A DNA stretch of 64,000 bases from contig OZ316895.1 of assembly GCA_973895155.1 (NCBI GenBank), forward strand, positions 1,176,435-1,240,434, read 5' to 3'. Of this stretch, positions 37,289 through 50,500 are shown one piece after another. Within the stretch, counting starts at the first letter, position 1; the number at the start of each line of letters is the position of its first letter. Both the position numbers and the translations under genes were made by a program. The stretch is from Marsupella aquatica (Eukaryota > Plantae > Marchantiophyta). Below the pieces are notes generated by a model, which had not been told where the DNA came from, searched no databases, and saw only the letters and a list, made by a program, of their open reading frames with translations.

Positions 37289-39551
37289 ATGGCCATGGAG
37301 AGCTTTGCCTCCGAGGTTTCCTGGGTCTTCGGGGTGTTGTGCGCGGCTGTGGGGTCGTGGTTTGCATATAAGTTCCTCGTCCTGGGAACCAAGAAGGAAA
37401 ACTTACCACCATCACCAGGCGTGATGCCGATTGTGGGCTCTTTCCCGTTCATGGGAGCGTCACCCAACGAGCCGTCTCACAAGATGTTTTATCGCCTAGC
37501 TGAGAAACTCGGCCCGATAGTGTATCTCAGACTGGGAGCCAAGCACGCAATTATTGTCTCCAACGACGAGATTGCCAAACAGGTCTTGAAGGAGCAAGAC
37601 CACATCTTTGCTTCCTGGCCCGAATTTTCTGTCGGTAAGTATCTGGGTATGAGTTACCGCGCATTGGCATTCTCACCGCTTGGCTCTTACCAAAGCGCGT
37701 CCGTAAGATCTATAGCCAGGAGTTATTCGCTGCAAAACGTTCCCTTGGGACACAGGCGACACGCGAAAGAGGAGTGTTTTTCGCGCTTGCAGGTCTATAT
37801 CAACGGCACAAGGAAGGAGAGGAAGTCTTCAACTTGACGTCCATGCTCAACGATCTCAGTCTTAACAGCCTCTTGAGTATGTTGTTCAAACGTAAGGGTG
37901 GCAATTACAAGGGGGAGATGACCATCGGGACAGTAAAGGTGTTCGAACTGAAGGATCTGATTAGAGAGGTTATGAAGCTAGGAGGCGAGTTCAACGCGGG
38001 AGATTACATTACAATTGCACGCTGGTTGGACGTGCAGGGAGTGATTAATCGCATGAAATTATTGAACAAACAGCTGACAGAGTTTGCGGCAGCTCTCATT
38101 GAAGAGTACGAACGGAGTGGCAAAATGAGCGGTGACTCACATGACGCCAACATTTTCGATGTGCTCCTGTCACTAGACGGAGAGAATAAGCTCAATTCTT
38201 TGGACCTTTCCGGAATCACTTATGTAAGTATCGACAGTCCTGGGCCCTGCTGTTAATTTTAATTGTAGGCTAAGCAATTGCTTCAAAAGATGTCAACGTG
38301 TGCACGGGTTTGGTTTACACAGAGTTTAAAATCATCACAAATTCAACGACAGTGACACGTAAGTTGTAACGAGTCAGAGGCAAAGAACCTTATATAAGAA
38401 GGGTGTGCTGAGGTTCTCTATTCCACAAAGTAAATATTCTGGTTTGTTTCGGTGGTCGGAGGAGAGAAGGATGAAGACAAGGAGATCTTCTTTCCGGTTG
38501 GAAAATTCAGCTCACTCAGGAGTTAAGAAAACTTAGTTGGGAAAGTTGTACATATACACAATTGGATCGAATTAAAGGGGAACTGAGTGATTATGGTGGC
38601 CTCTGTCACAACGTTTGGAAATCAGAATTTTGGTTCTTTTTAGTCTTTGTCACGTACTCGGATCTTTTTAGTCTTTTTAGTCACGTACTCGGATCTTACT
38701 GCTGAGTTTATTTTCACTCCAGGCTCCAAAAAAAAAAGTGACTACAGTATATATGGTACATATGGACCAACAAAACTATTACCGCGGTCCATATCATAAG
38801 TACAATCTAGGATTCCAACACATGAGCTTGTAGCTCTCGCGCTTCTATCTGCACGTAGATGGACGTCAAATGATGGTTCTGGATGGCATTTATGCAGGAC
38901 CTTATCATCGGAGGGAGTGACACAACAGGGAATTCAACAGATTGGACAATCGCCGAGCTACTGAGGCAACCCAAGCTTCTCCATAGGCTGCAAGCCGAGC
39001 TGGACAGCGTCATCGGGAAGGACCGGTTTATGACGGAGGCAGACATACCGAACCTGCCGTTTCTCCAGGCGGTGGTGAAGGAGTCCCTCCGGCTGCACCC
39101 GCCGGCGCCCCTCGGCATCCCGCACTGCAGCCTGGCGGACACTAAAGTCGCTGGCTATGACATCCCGGCCGGAACGACCACCTTGATAAACTTATTCGCC
39201 ATCAACCGCGACCCGAAGCATTGGCCGGAGCCGCTGCGCTTCAACCCCGATCGCTTCTTCAGGCAGGACAGGGAGAGTAGCCTGTTTGGAAGTTTGTACC
39301 ATCTTTTGCCCTTCTCCTCGGGGCAGCGGAGGTGCCCTGGAATGATCATGGGTTTCGCAATGGTCCAACTCATGGTGGGCAACTTCATACACAGCTTTGA
39401 CTACCAAGCGGCCGGGGGGATCACTAACGAAAACATTGATGTCATCAACGAGGTCCCTGCCCTCATATCCGCGCGAGTTCAGGAGCTCATGGTCACCGTC
39501 ACTCCTCGACTGAACTCTGCAGTCTATGAAAAGGCATTATTAGAAGAGTAA
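37289..39551 (+). pseudogene. Cytochrome P450, A-type (CYP71 clan); exons 37289-38223 and 38898-39551; 1-nt frameshift near 37691
   Basis: N-terminal membrane anchor and LPPSPG; GPIVYLRLG; I-helix GGSDTT; ESLRLHPP; PDRF; heme motif PFSSGQRRCPG; phase-0 intron just before the I-helix; shifting the frame restores KRVRKIYSQELFAAKR. Confidence 0.92.
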
Positions 39552-39714
39552 CGTGTATCACTTTGGTCCTTCTCCAAGTTGCAGTAGTAGTACCTACTTA
39601 CTTGGGCCGCGAAAAGCTAACCTTAGTGCCATGACGAATAGCATATTTAAAGTGGGCAAATAATTAGAATGTTTGTGATGGCCTGAAATGCATTCCTAGG
39701 TTTCTTTTTCCCCA

Positions 39715-40959
39715 TCTTATCTTCATTAACTCCTATAATACAAAATTCAAAATTTACAGTTTTTCCTAGGCCAAGTGAAAGAAATAAAATATGCAAAGCC
39801 TAGCTAAGAGAACAAATAAAAATAAATCCACTCCTAAAAATATGAAGGGAGTAGTATCCTTCTTGGTATTCCTCATCACTTTAGCAAATACACCTCCTTT
39901 TTAGCAAGTACACCTCCTTTTGATCTCATCATTGTACTTGTAAATACACTCTTTATCTAATCACTCTGCGACCATTGTCTTATTTGTATTACCCTGCCCC
40001 AATGTACACCGCATGTGCATGCAATGCAAGGAGAGTGTATACATTCATTCTCCTTGGTACTCATATGAATATAATCTTTTTATAAAAACAAATATACTTG
40101 GCAAAATTCAATATATTTGAATGAGATAACAAGAGGTTAATTAGGGGCCAGACCACTCTTGGCTGGGGTGACAGGGTTTAGGGATACATACATAAAGGCA
40201 TTTGACATCTCATTTGACAACATCAAAAACCAGAATAAGGCGTTGTGCCTTTTTTTGCCATGGCCGTCATTTGAATTTACAGGGCCATTTTGGGTGAAAG
40301 AAATTCAATACGGTAAAAAACCAAAGCAATACCGACCAAAAATGGCCCTCACACCAGCTCCTGAGGTCAACTGCTGTCTGATCGCGGTGACAACACTGAG
40401 CCAAGGCAAGCAAAATGTCGTACGGCCAGCTTCTACTACAAGTGAGGTGACCACCCTGCCGCCTTGCCCCGCGCACTGACCGTTGACTGCCGCACTCTTA
40501 CGGTCAACCTCCCACCACCCTCCTTCCCCGCCCCGATGACCCGGGCCGGCCTTGCCTCACCCCACTCCTCCTTCTTCCCTTCTCCCCTGCCCGGCTCTTT
40601 TTAAGGACATCTTTCTACTGGACAACATCTTTCACATAACAATTTCATTGGTGACACAATTAATTTTGTCATTTTAATGACATCTTTTTACTTGATGACA
40701 TCTTTTACATTAGTAACAACATCATTGGCAACATGACCCCGGACACAACCTCTATTTCTTGATGACATCTTGGGCTGACACATGCAACATCTTTTGTCTT
40801 AACGACATCTTGGCGGATACGACATATTTTTTCTTAACAACGTCTTGGCCAACAGGACATACTTTTTCCCAACCACATCTTGGTCGATACGACATTTTCT
40901 TCTCAACCATGTCTTGGCCGACACTACATCTTTTGTGCAACGCACGGGTATTGAGCTAG
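39715..40959 (+). mobile_element. Non-autonomous Helitron-like element; 5' end tentative
   Basis: 3' end gtgcaacgcacgggtattgagCTAG|T; gacatctt repeats at 40600-40930; candidate A|TC start at 39715. Confidence 0.65.
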
Positions 40960-43079
40960 TTCATTACAAATATCTTTTTTCGCCTGTGAGTGCATACATT
41001 CATTGTTTTTGAGCCAAACATGTAAATAGCACTTACTTACACAATCACGCAAACTGCCCTTTGCATAGTCTGTCTTAGATAACGCGAAATGTGATAGGAT
41101 GGGTGAGTAAACAACTTTGAGATGCTTATGCTGATAAAGTAGCACTTGAAGAGGGACATTTTTTAGGCTTATGGTGACAGTTTTTCACGTAATTAATATA
41201 TGTAATTGTATTTTGGTGCTAGAGAAGTATGTGCAATGTATAGATTTAGGACGTTAGCATTTCATTATTCTGAATATTTTAATTTGTCAATTTACGAGAT
41301 CCTTTTGATTCGAGTACTTCTCTAGCACTTGCAAGTCTTGCCAGTCGATTTCCTGGTATTGTTGCTGCTCCAGCAGCAGCTAAGGGGTCTAAAATGTGTG
41401 AGGAGATCAGACGCTGATTAATGAGTCTCCATTTAGTGGGGTTGAAGGTCTGCCCAGTTCTTGTAAGCCATGGAGAATTTGGTTCCCCATAAACAATCTA
41501 AGCGTCTGGGCTTGACTTGTTCCTCGAGGAGTAGGTACTATTAGAATCAGCTGGAAGTCAGCTCCAATAATCTATCTATTCAGCCAAAGGTTAGCCTCTC
41601 CCAACACAGGCGAGCTTGGGAACATTTAAAAAAGAGATGACGAATAGTTTCAATCTGGCCCGGGCAAATCGACAGCATCCTTCAGACTTCCTTATGCAAA
41701 GGGTAGCTAGTCCTTATTTCATCCTTTGGTACCCCTCAATATTGCCATCCATCATGTAGTGTAGATTCCTTATCATCATTGTAACTGAGGATGAACTTTG
41801 TCAATCATGGAAGGGATTTGACAAAAAATTAGAGTGGCTCATTGGCAGCCAAGACTTCATTATTGATCTCGGATTATTGAGCAACCAAGACGGATTCTAC
41901 TCATTAAAGCAATTTCTTGGAAGGAAGGGATCAAAATGAGGCGGAACGTGGGACTTCTCTTCAAGCAACTCTACATAGCTCTCAGTGTAACGAACAGTCT
42001 AGCTTAAATCTCCGAGGTCAATGTCGGAGGTAACAAAGGCATTGAATCTCTTGGAAACTTTCACTAGTTCTGTTGATCGCGATCATCAAGTCCTGTGCCT
42101 GTCTAATCGTTCGCCTGAGTAACAATGAGCACGACATTCATCTGGTAGTGTGCTACAACAGATCACATTCTTACTTTCGTCTACTCTGGGGAACTTATTA
42201 TTAGGGCCATTAAGGGCAACGATATGGACTAACGCATGCAACAATATCTCTCCGGTACGGTGAAGAAACTACGGATGAATTTCAAGTCACCATGACCGAT
42301 TCTCCATAATTAAACATTCAATGTGATCTTAATTTAAAGAAACTCAGACAAGGATTATAAAGTGAGGAATCAATCGATGATATGATGGGTAAAGAAGCTG
42401 ACCTGGAATTTTATTGCAGTTTAGCATTCAGAGCTTCTTCCCAGCTGGATCTTTAAATCATTTGCTTATAATATTATGGTAGTTTGTATAAAATGAGTTC
42501 ACTAACAGGTGTGACCTAGAATACCCAAAACAGGTGGTTGAATCTATTGGAGGTCCTAACGAACCCAGTTTGGGTTCAAAAGAGATTGATGTTTCTCTAA
42601 CTAACTGATGGGCCTTGCTGAGCTGCTTGCAAGCAGAAGCGCAAGAACTGGCCATGGACACGTGCAATTTGATTATGATTTGTAACGTTTCTTGTAGCTA
42701 AGGATCAAATTAATCGTGTAGATCCATGCCAGAGCTTCTAAAATAACACAATGGTACAGGCAAACATGGAGTTGCATCAAGGCACTCGTCAATTGTCGAA
42801 CTCAATTCCATTTGTGATGAAAATTGTAAAATGGCAAGATTGCAAGACAAGAATTGAAATCTTCAATCTTGGGACCAACACACACACACGCCCCAGCCAC
42901 CCCACCCCGGTTCATCAAGGTTCACACAAACACTCGATTGATGGAGGATAACTGGACTTTCACGCTGTGCCTGCCAGGCCGTATCGTAGCATTTTGGAAG
43001 CACAAACACTGAGCCTCACCTCATAATAATCCATAACCAATCTCTGGGCTCACGTTTGCGACGTTCGAGAAGCAATTAC

Positions 43080-43466
43080 TAATTATTTGACGTTTTGTGA
43101 ATGACATTCTGTGTATGGCATGTAAAACTGGGGTTGACCTCTAATTCCTTGATTCAGGTTGTAAGAGAGGTCTAGTGAGGTCTATGCTCGATCATTCTAT
43201 AATTTGTGACTCATATCTTGATTTTGTAGGTAGATGCAACTTTCAGGTACGGTCGCACTGGACCTATTGAGCAGACTGCATGATTCTTCCAAGTTGCTCG
43301 TGGTCCTATATGCGGGGCACACTCTGCTACAGAGAGGCATTTTCTATCAACTAGTAGACAGGAGGTAATCTTCTAAGATTATTCCACAATTACAGGTGAA
43401 GATGCTGAAAACGAGGCTGAGTGAGGGACTGGGCTTGAAGAGTGATGCATTGGGGGTAGCCATGCG
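43080..43466. repeat. Diverged ~400-bp dispersed repeat; second copy at ~49150-49562
   Basis: Shared blocks attatttgacg..gaatgacattct, aaaactggggttgacctctaatt and gagtgagggactgggcttg..gtgatgcattg..gtagccatgc. Confidence 0.8.
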
Positions 43467-43471
43467 GATCA

Positions 43472-44315
43472 TACCGTGTGACAAAAGCACGTCGAAAATG
43501 GTGGCGTCAGGTGCGTGACCTCTCTTTTTGCCATTTTGCTCGTACGCTTCAATGAGAGCTGCCGTCACCTCCGAAAACACTTCGTTCTCGCGTGTAGCCT
43601 GCTGTGTGCCATGGACCCGCTTTGAAGCAAAACATTCCTGGCTATGGATCTTACGGAGTCGCCAGTGGTACGCGCCACTCGGTGCGGATCCCGAGGTACG
43701 GTAATTCATACCAACATACTCACCGACTGGTCTTGGTCCTTCGAGACCGGGTTCGAGACATGGTTAGCAATCTCGCTGTTGGAGACGACGATTGTGTGGT
43801 CGATCGGCCTCAAGTCTAGGTATACTACTATCGGGCCGGATTTCTCCTAAAAAAAATAGGGTCCTGGAAACTGCACATCAAAATATGATACGGTGTACGA
43901 TATATATCCTTTAATGAGTGCATGCTTTATCTTCTCATTGAGTGCATGTAGTGAATACCATGATAAAACTCGTTATTTTGTTTAAATCAATAAGTGCAAG
44001 TAATATATTACCACATTTTGATGGCATGGAAAAACATCTTGCGTGACGGTTCGTAGGGTGTGGCTCCCATGAACGGGAGTGAGCCCACGAACGCCTGGTG
44101 ATGGTGGTAAGGTTAAGTTGCTCTATTGGTTCCAGGGAAGAGGAACATGAAAGCAAACCACGACCCCACAACCGCGCTCAACACCCAGCAGAGCCAGGAT
44201 ACCGCGGAGGCAAAGCTGTCCAGGCCCCCGTCCTGGCATGGCTGTTAATAAACTTCCGGCCAAAGAATCGAGTTCAAGTTTCGCTCTAACGGAATTCTAC
44301 GCAGCCACCTCAGCT
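43472..44315 (-). pseudogene. Decayed inverted paralog of P450 exon 1 and its 5' flank, with an internal deletion and a ~185-bp insertion
   Basis: The reverse complement matches 37220-38180 in blocks (ggccggaagttta, ttaccaccatcaccaggcgt, ggcccgatagt, cgtaagatc.atagccagga, ggcagctctcattgaag, cattttcga.gtgct). Confidence 0.88.
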
Positions 44316-44463
44316 TCCTAGACAAACAACGCAAACTCCGTTCCAAATTCGAAGGCCGAATCACTAAACCGACCACATCATGAAGAGCTTTACTTCGAGA
44401 ACTAGAGCACTAAATAGTTCACCAGCAATATTACGGCACAATCATGTTTCGTATTCTAGTGGA

Positions 44464-47224
44464 CTAGCCCAATGCCCATGCGTTGCACGAAAGATATCGT
44501 GGTGATAAAAGATGTCGAGGAGAGAAAAAGATACCGAAGTGATAAAAGATGTCAAGGAGAGAAAAAGATACCGAAGTGATAAAAGATGTCGAGGAGAGAA
44601 AAGATGTTGAGGTGAGCAAAAGATGTCGAGGTGATAGAAAATGTCGAGGAGAGAAAATATGTCAAGGTGATAAAAGATGTCAAGGAGAGAAAAAGATACC
44701 GAAGTGATAAAAGATGTCGAGGAGAGAAAAGATGTTGAGGTGAGCAAAAGATGTCGAGGTGATAGAAAATGTCGAGGAGAGAAAATATGTCAAGGTGATA
44801 AAAGATGTCAAGGAGAGAAAAAGATACCGAAGTGATAAAAGATGTCGAGGAGAGAAAAGATGTTGAGGTGAGCAAAAGATGTCGAGGTGATAGAAAATGT
44901 CGAGGAGAGAAAATATGTCAAGGTGATAAAAGATGTCAAGGAGAGAAAAGATGTCGAGGTGAGGAAAAGATTTGAGGTGATAAAAGAAGTCGAGGAGAGA
45001 GAAAGATGTCAAAGAGAGAAAAGATGTCCAAGTGAGAAACATATGTCGAGGAGAGAAAAGATGTTGAGGAGAGAAATAGATGGTGAGATCAGAAAAAAAT
45101 TGAGGGGAGAAAATATGTCTAGGTGAACAAAAGATGTTGAGGAGAAAAACGTGTGCAAAGGAGAGAAAAACATTTTGAGCAGAAAAAACTGTAATTAAGT
45201 AAAGCGACAGATTTTGAGGTGAGAAAATAAACTTGACACTTTTTCCACCCTTACCTGCGACCGGAATGGGCAAGATGAAGCCTCTCCCTCCCTCTTTTCC
45301 CATCCATGTGCCCCCCTTTCTCCTTGCCTCTCCCCCTCTTTGTTTTGCTTCCAAGGCTTTCTTTGGGACAATAAAAGTCAAATTTTGTAAGACAATTGCA
45401 GTGAAAAACCATAGACAGTAATATTGTCATAGTTTATGGGTGTGAAAGTCTCATTATTTTGGCAGAATATATATACAAATAGCCCAGAAGATGTTGAGGT
45501 GAGAAAAAGACATTGAGGTGAGGAAAAGATATCGAGGAGATGAAAAGATGTTGAGATGAGAAAATGACGTTGAGGTGAGAAAAAGATGTCGAGGAGAGAA
45601 AAAGATGTTGAGGTGAGAAAAACGTTAATGAGAGAAAAAATGTCAAGGTGAGAAAATGATATTAAGGTGAGGAAATCATGTCCATGAGAGAAAAAATGTG
45701 AAAATGAGAATATGATGCTGAGGTGAGGAAAAGATGTCAAAGAGAAAATATGTCAAGAAGAAATATATCAAGGTGAGAAAAGGATGTTGAGATGATAAAA
45801 GATGTTGAGGAGAGAAAAGGTGTAAAGGAGGGGGAAGATGTTGAGGTGAAAAAAAGATGTCAATGTGAGATTGAAAAGAACATTGAGGTGAGGTAAATAT
45901 GTCAAGGAGGGAAAACATGTCAATATGATAAAAAGTAGTTGAGGAGATAAAAAGATGTCAAGATGAGAAAAATATGTCAAGGCAAGAAAATTTGTCAAGT
46001 CGAGGCAAAGATATTGAGGCAAAGTATGTCCCAAGGTGCTATTGTGAAAGCAATGTTGTGGAGAGGGTGAGAGCATGGGAGGGAACGCAAGACGGGGCGA
46101 CGGCTGGGGTGTTACGGGGTCAAGTGTGGTTGCCCTCAGCTATATGGAGGGAGAGAAATTCATGTTTTTTCCTTTTTTTTCTTCAATCTCCTCTTCCGTG
46201 CCCTTCCTTTCTCTCCTTTCAGTCTCCCATCCTGGCTCTTTGGCAGCCTCCCTCCCCCTTCCAACATGATTAAGAAAGAGAAGAAGAAACAACATGGAGC
46301 AAAAGATAAATGATCTCTTCTCCTTAGCAAAAAAACAAAAATAAATCTGATATCAATGTAATGCACATGTCATTCTTGAAAGTATTTAGCCAGCACATGT
46401 ATTTTGTAAATACCTACTTTAGAAGCAAAAATATCCATGGTATTCACTTCCATATAGGTGATCCTGTTCACTCAATCCAAGGGTGTCAAAATCATTGAAT
46501 TATATGTGATGGTATTGGTTTGTTCCTTCCATTTCCACTTTTGTAGATTGCACTAACTCTTTGAGATGGGATAGTTTTTTATAATGTGATTTCAAATATG
46601 ACATATATACAAACCCATTGCCCTAACTTGCATTGCACATTTGTCATTACAACCATTTCATTGTTACAATCATTTATCACTCTGGCCTTTTCGTTGTTGG
46701 GGCCATTGTGTCTTTGGTCAATAAGGTTATTGCAATAAAGAATATAAGATTGTTATTGTAACTTGGAAAAAGTACTTTATAGAGATTAGAAAAAAAACAA
46801 TTTTTCTTATCTACTCCTAGTAGACTTAATTTTTTTTCCATTTTCCTATAAATCATCCCTTTTGAACTCACAACTTAATTTGTATTGTACTTTGTCTATA
46901 CTTTTACTTTACTTGAATGGGGCAATCATGTGGGGTCTATTTAGATTTTCTTGTCAGACCCATCTACCCATGATAGCCACATGTGAACTCACATTCAATT
47001 CCCAATGATCTTTTTCTAGATGTTTGTGTATGAGTCTAGGTGTGAATGGAAGCCCATCCGTGCCTTAGGCTAGGACAAACTCTTTATTCTTCCTTACACA
47101 AATCTGATGGGCAGGAAAATTTAAGTTTTAAATCCAATGGTCATAATGAGTTCACTCCAAAAGTGGATTTTGTAAGCAGAGCGATGAGCACAAAAAAGCG
47201 GGATTGTATATTATAGTGAGTAGA
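44464..47224 (-). mobile_element. Non-autonomous Helitron-like element, 2761 bp, with internal AAGATGTC-type satellite
   Basis: On the minus strand the 5' end reads A|TCTACTCACTATAATA and the 3' end gtgcaacgcatgggcattgggCTAG|T; no TSD. Confidence 0.75.
44505..44960. repeat. 128-bp higher-order tandem repeat (~3.5 copies) built from ~20-bp aaagatgtcgaggagaga/ggtgata monomers
   Basis: Identical ORF translations recur at 128-bp offsets (44552 and 44680); looser monomers continue to ~45170 and at 45490-46020. Confidence 0.9.
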
Positions 47225-47340
47225 TTTAGGTGGATTTGTTATATTTTATTCGGACAAGGCACAGTCATGATTCGCATTCTAGTGGATTTAGGTGGATTTG
47301 TTATATTTTGTTCGGACAAAGGCAGGCTTTGCTACAGAAG

Positions 47341-47551
47341 ATCCCTTCATTGTTTGTCGTTCACACTGTCATCCGTTACTTCAGAATGTTTTACTGCTCC
47401 CGAACCACGTTCGTCTGGGCCTTCCGTAGTTCCGTGAAGATCCCTTCATAAAAAAATCCCTTCATTGTTTGTCGTTCACACTGTCATCCGTTACTTCAGA
47501 ATGTTTTACTGCTCCCGAACCACGTTCGTCTGGGCCTTCCGTAGTTCCGTG
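47341..47551. repeat. Near-tandem duplication of a ~95-bp unit (period ~115 bp)
   Basis: atcccttcattgtttgtcgttcacactg...ccttccgtagttccgtg occurs twice. Confidence 0.9.
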
Positions 47552-50500
47552 TACGGGAGTAAAACCTTGAATTCGTTACAGCCCAAAAAGTGTTTTGAGC
47601 AAAAGCGCATCCTCTGCTACCGTAGTCTGCTACAGGTGCTAGTGAATACACGAGTAGCTAAAACTGCTCTTGACAAATTCGCATCAGGTACGCCTACTAC
47701 AAATTAGTGTGCAATCTTTTTTTTCCCTTGAAAACCGAAAGCAGGCCCATCCAATCCAACAGAGGATCGACAAATTAGTGTGCAATCTTGCTTATAAAGC
47801 CCGAATACAAAGCTAGAGTCATTATGGTATACTTCTAGAGTGAAACCCACTCTAGCCAAAACTAGAATAGGGTGTACACTTCTGGAGTGAAACCACTAAA
47901 TTACAAACTAGCTACAGTTAGTGTCCAGACTTCTACAGTAGATGACACCTCTAATACAAAGAGTTCGTGTGTAGACTTCTGAAGTGAAACCTCTAATACA
48001 AAGCTAGTAGTGTCTAGACTTCTACAGTGAAATCTGTAGACAAAGCTAGAGTTAGGGTGTAGACTAGATTCTAGAGTGAAACCCTTAGAGTCTAGACACT
48101 ACCTCTGGATAAGACAAAAATAATATTAAAGACAAAACTGAATGATTATAAAAAACAAAGATGGGACAAAGATGAAGTGGAACAACATAGATTCTTTGGT
48201 AAGGTTTTTCTTTTTTGATTCTTGTATTTTCTGTAAGAAAAATACAACTACAAACTATTGTATGTATCTTTCGCAAGTGCCTGTCCAAATTAGAATCTTG
48301 CCAATAAAAGGCAATGCAAAGTTACTTTGGAGCGCTACAGACTGGACCAAAGTCTAGACTCTAACTCAATAAGGATAGGACTAGCTATAACCTTTAATAA
48401 GGACAAAACTGATTGTAACGAACTCTCAGGAAGGCAAAACTGAAAGTAAGGGTAGAGAAAAACCAGAGATGCAAGCAAAGATGAAAAAAAAATGACATTG
48501 ACTCTAAATATGGACTAATCTGATTGTAACTCGAAATAAACACAAAACTGAAAGTGAGGGTGGACAAAAAATTGACATTGACTCTAAAATAAACACAAAA
48601 CTGAAAGTGAGGATGAACAAAAAATGACATTGACTTTAAATAAAGGTGATGGTAACTCCTGAGTGATTTGTCACCTCAACGGAATCAAATGGAAACAGGC
48701 AGCCAAATTGAACTGTTCAGGTTCTCTGGACCTAGAATTGTTTTTATAACTCTAGATTAAGTTTTTGGCTGGACAGGTGAAAAGATACAGTAAGGCATTA
48801 AACGGATGACCGAAGAGAAGCTGGCAGTGCGTGAGAATTGGATTGTCCATGGATCATTCCGAGGATGAGGTTCAGTGTTGATGCTCCCGATTTGCTACGA
48901 TGCGGCCTGGCAGGCACAGAGTGAAGTCAATTTAGTCTCCGTCGATCGAGTATTTGTGCTAACTTGGATGAACAGATGAGGTGGAATGTGTGTTGGTCGC
49001 AAATGCAAGCTTGAGGATTTCAAGACTTGAAAGCTTGCCGTCTTACAAAATCTTTGCTATTTTACAGTTTCATCACAAATGGAATTGAGTTAGAAACTCG
49101 AACCGTGCCTTGACCTACGCCCATGCTTGCCTTTCCAGCAGGATTTACTTATTATTTGACGCTGTGAGAATGACATTCTATGGCATGCAAAACTGGGGTT
49201 GACCTCTAATTGTCTGATGCAGTTTGCAAGAATGGTCTAGTGTCTGAGGACTATGCTTGATCATTCTACATGTAACTCATATGCTTTTGGACGTGGATTC
49301 ACTTCGGGTGCGGTTCCACGGGTGATATTCAGCAGACTGCACGATTCCTCCTCAAGTTGCTCGCCAACTCCTCGTCAACCGGGTTTACATGCGGGGCATA
49401 CTCGGGCTACAGAACCCCGGCCCTGAGGCATTTTTATCTATTACTCATAAGACAGGTGGTACTGTTGGAAGATGATTCCAGAATTACAGGCTTCTTGGAG
49501 ATCCCGAAGAAAACGCCGAGTGAGGGACTGGGCTTGGAGAGTGATGCATTGACGGTAGCCATGCATGTGTGAATTTCCAATTGCCAGCTTGAAGAGAGAT
49601 ATTGACAGGGTAACAGAACTACAGTACAAAACGTGGATGGGGAATGATTTTCCTTACAACAGCAACCATGACACGTCCCAAGATCTGGTTTGGAAAGAAA
49701 TGAGCTTTTCGTCACAGCGTTTGCTTTCACTGCTCGTCAACACCCTGAACAGAATGAAGCTTACGAGGCAATCAATTACAGAGTTCACTGAAGATTGTCC
49801 CCGAAATCGATCCCGAATCTTAACTGTGTAAGATATATATGAAATTTATGCATTAAACACAAACATTCAAAATATGATGAAAGGTCCAAGTTAGCTGCAC
49901 TGTTCTGATAACTCATATCTAGTTCATCTAGGCGAACAAGCTATTCAATTTATTACCTGCGGGGTTACCTGTTCAATCACGTCAGCCCATAAGTATAGGT
50001 ATTATGTAACAATTGTAAACTCAGCTTGATGTACTTAGAAATTCACAGTTACAGAATTTGAGGTGCAAATTGATACTCTGTCTCATACAGCTAGCACAGA
50101 CTTCCAAACAGTTCACGTCCTAGCTATAGCGGAGATAGCCTTAATGGCGGCGGTATAATGTGCAACGTCATTCTATATGGAAGTTCCCAAGCTCGCATGA
50201 CACTGAAAGTGAGCCAGCTACATGCTCCGTCCTGAACGAGAAGCAACCATATCAAACTAGTCGGTTTCATTCTGTGCAATTGGCTTGGGGAGAAATATCA
50301 AGACAAGAACCTCTGCAGACTTGACACCGCTCACTCCAAGATCAGCAAAATAGCATTGCAACAATCCAAACAGTTCCAAGTAGTCGAGAGGGGCAGACAG
50401 TGCAAAAACTACAAACCATGACGGAAGAATGTGGATCAGCATTGCATCGATCGGGCTAAGTAGCGAAAGCAGGTCAACTTCACAAGATTTCGGGGGTTCT

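Noticed and set aside
44442-46076. Long Phe/Ser/Leu-rich and Lys/Glu-rich ORFs
   Set aside because: Translations of the AAGATGTC satellite
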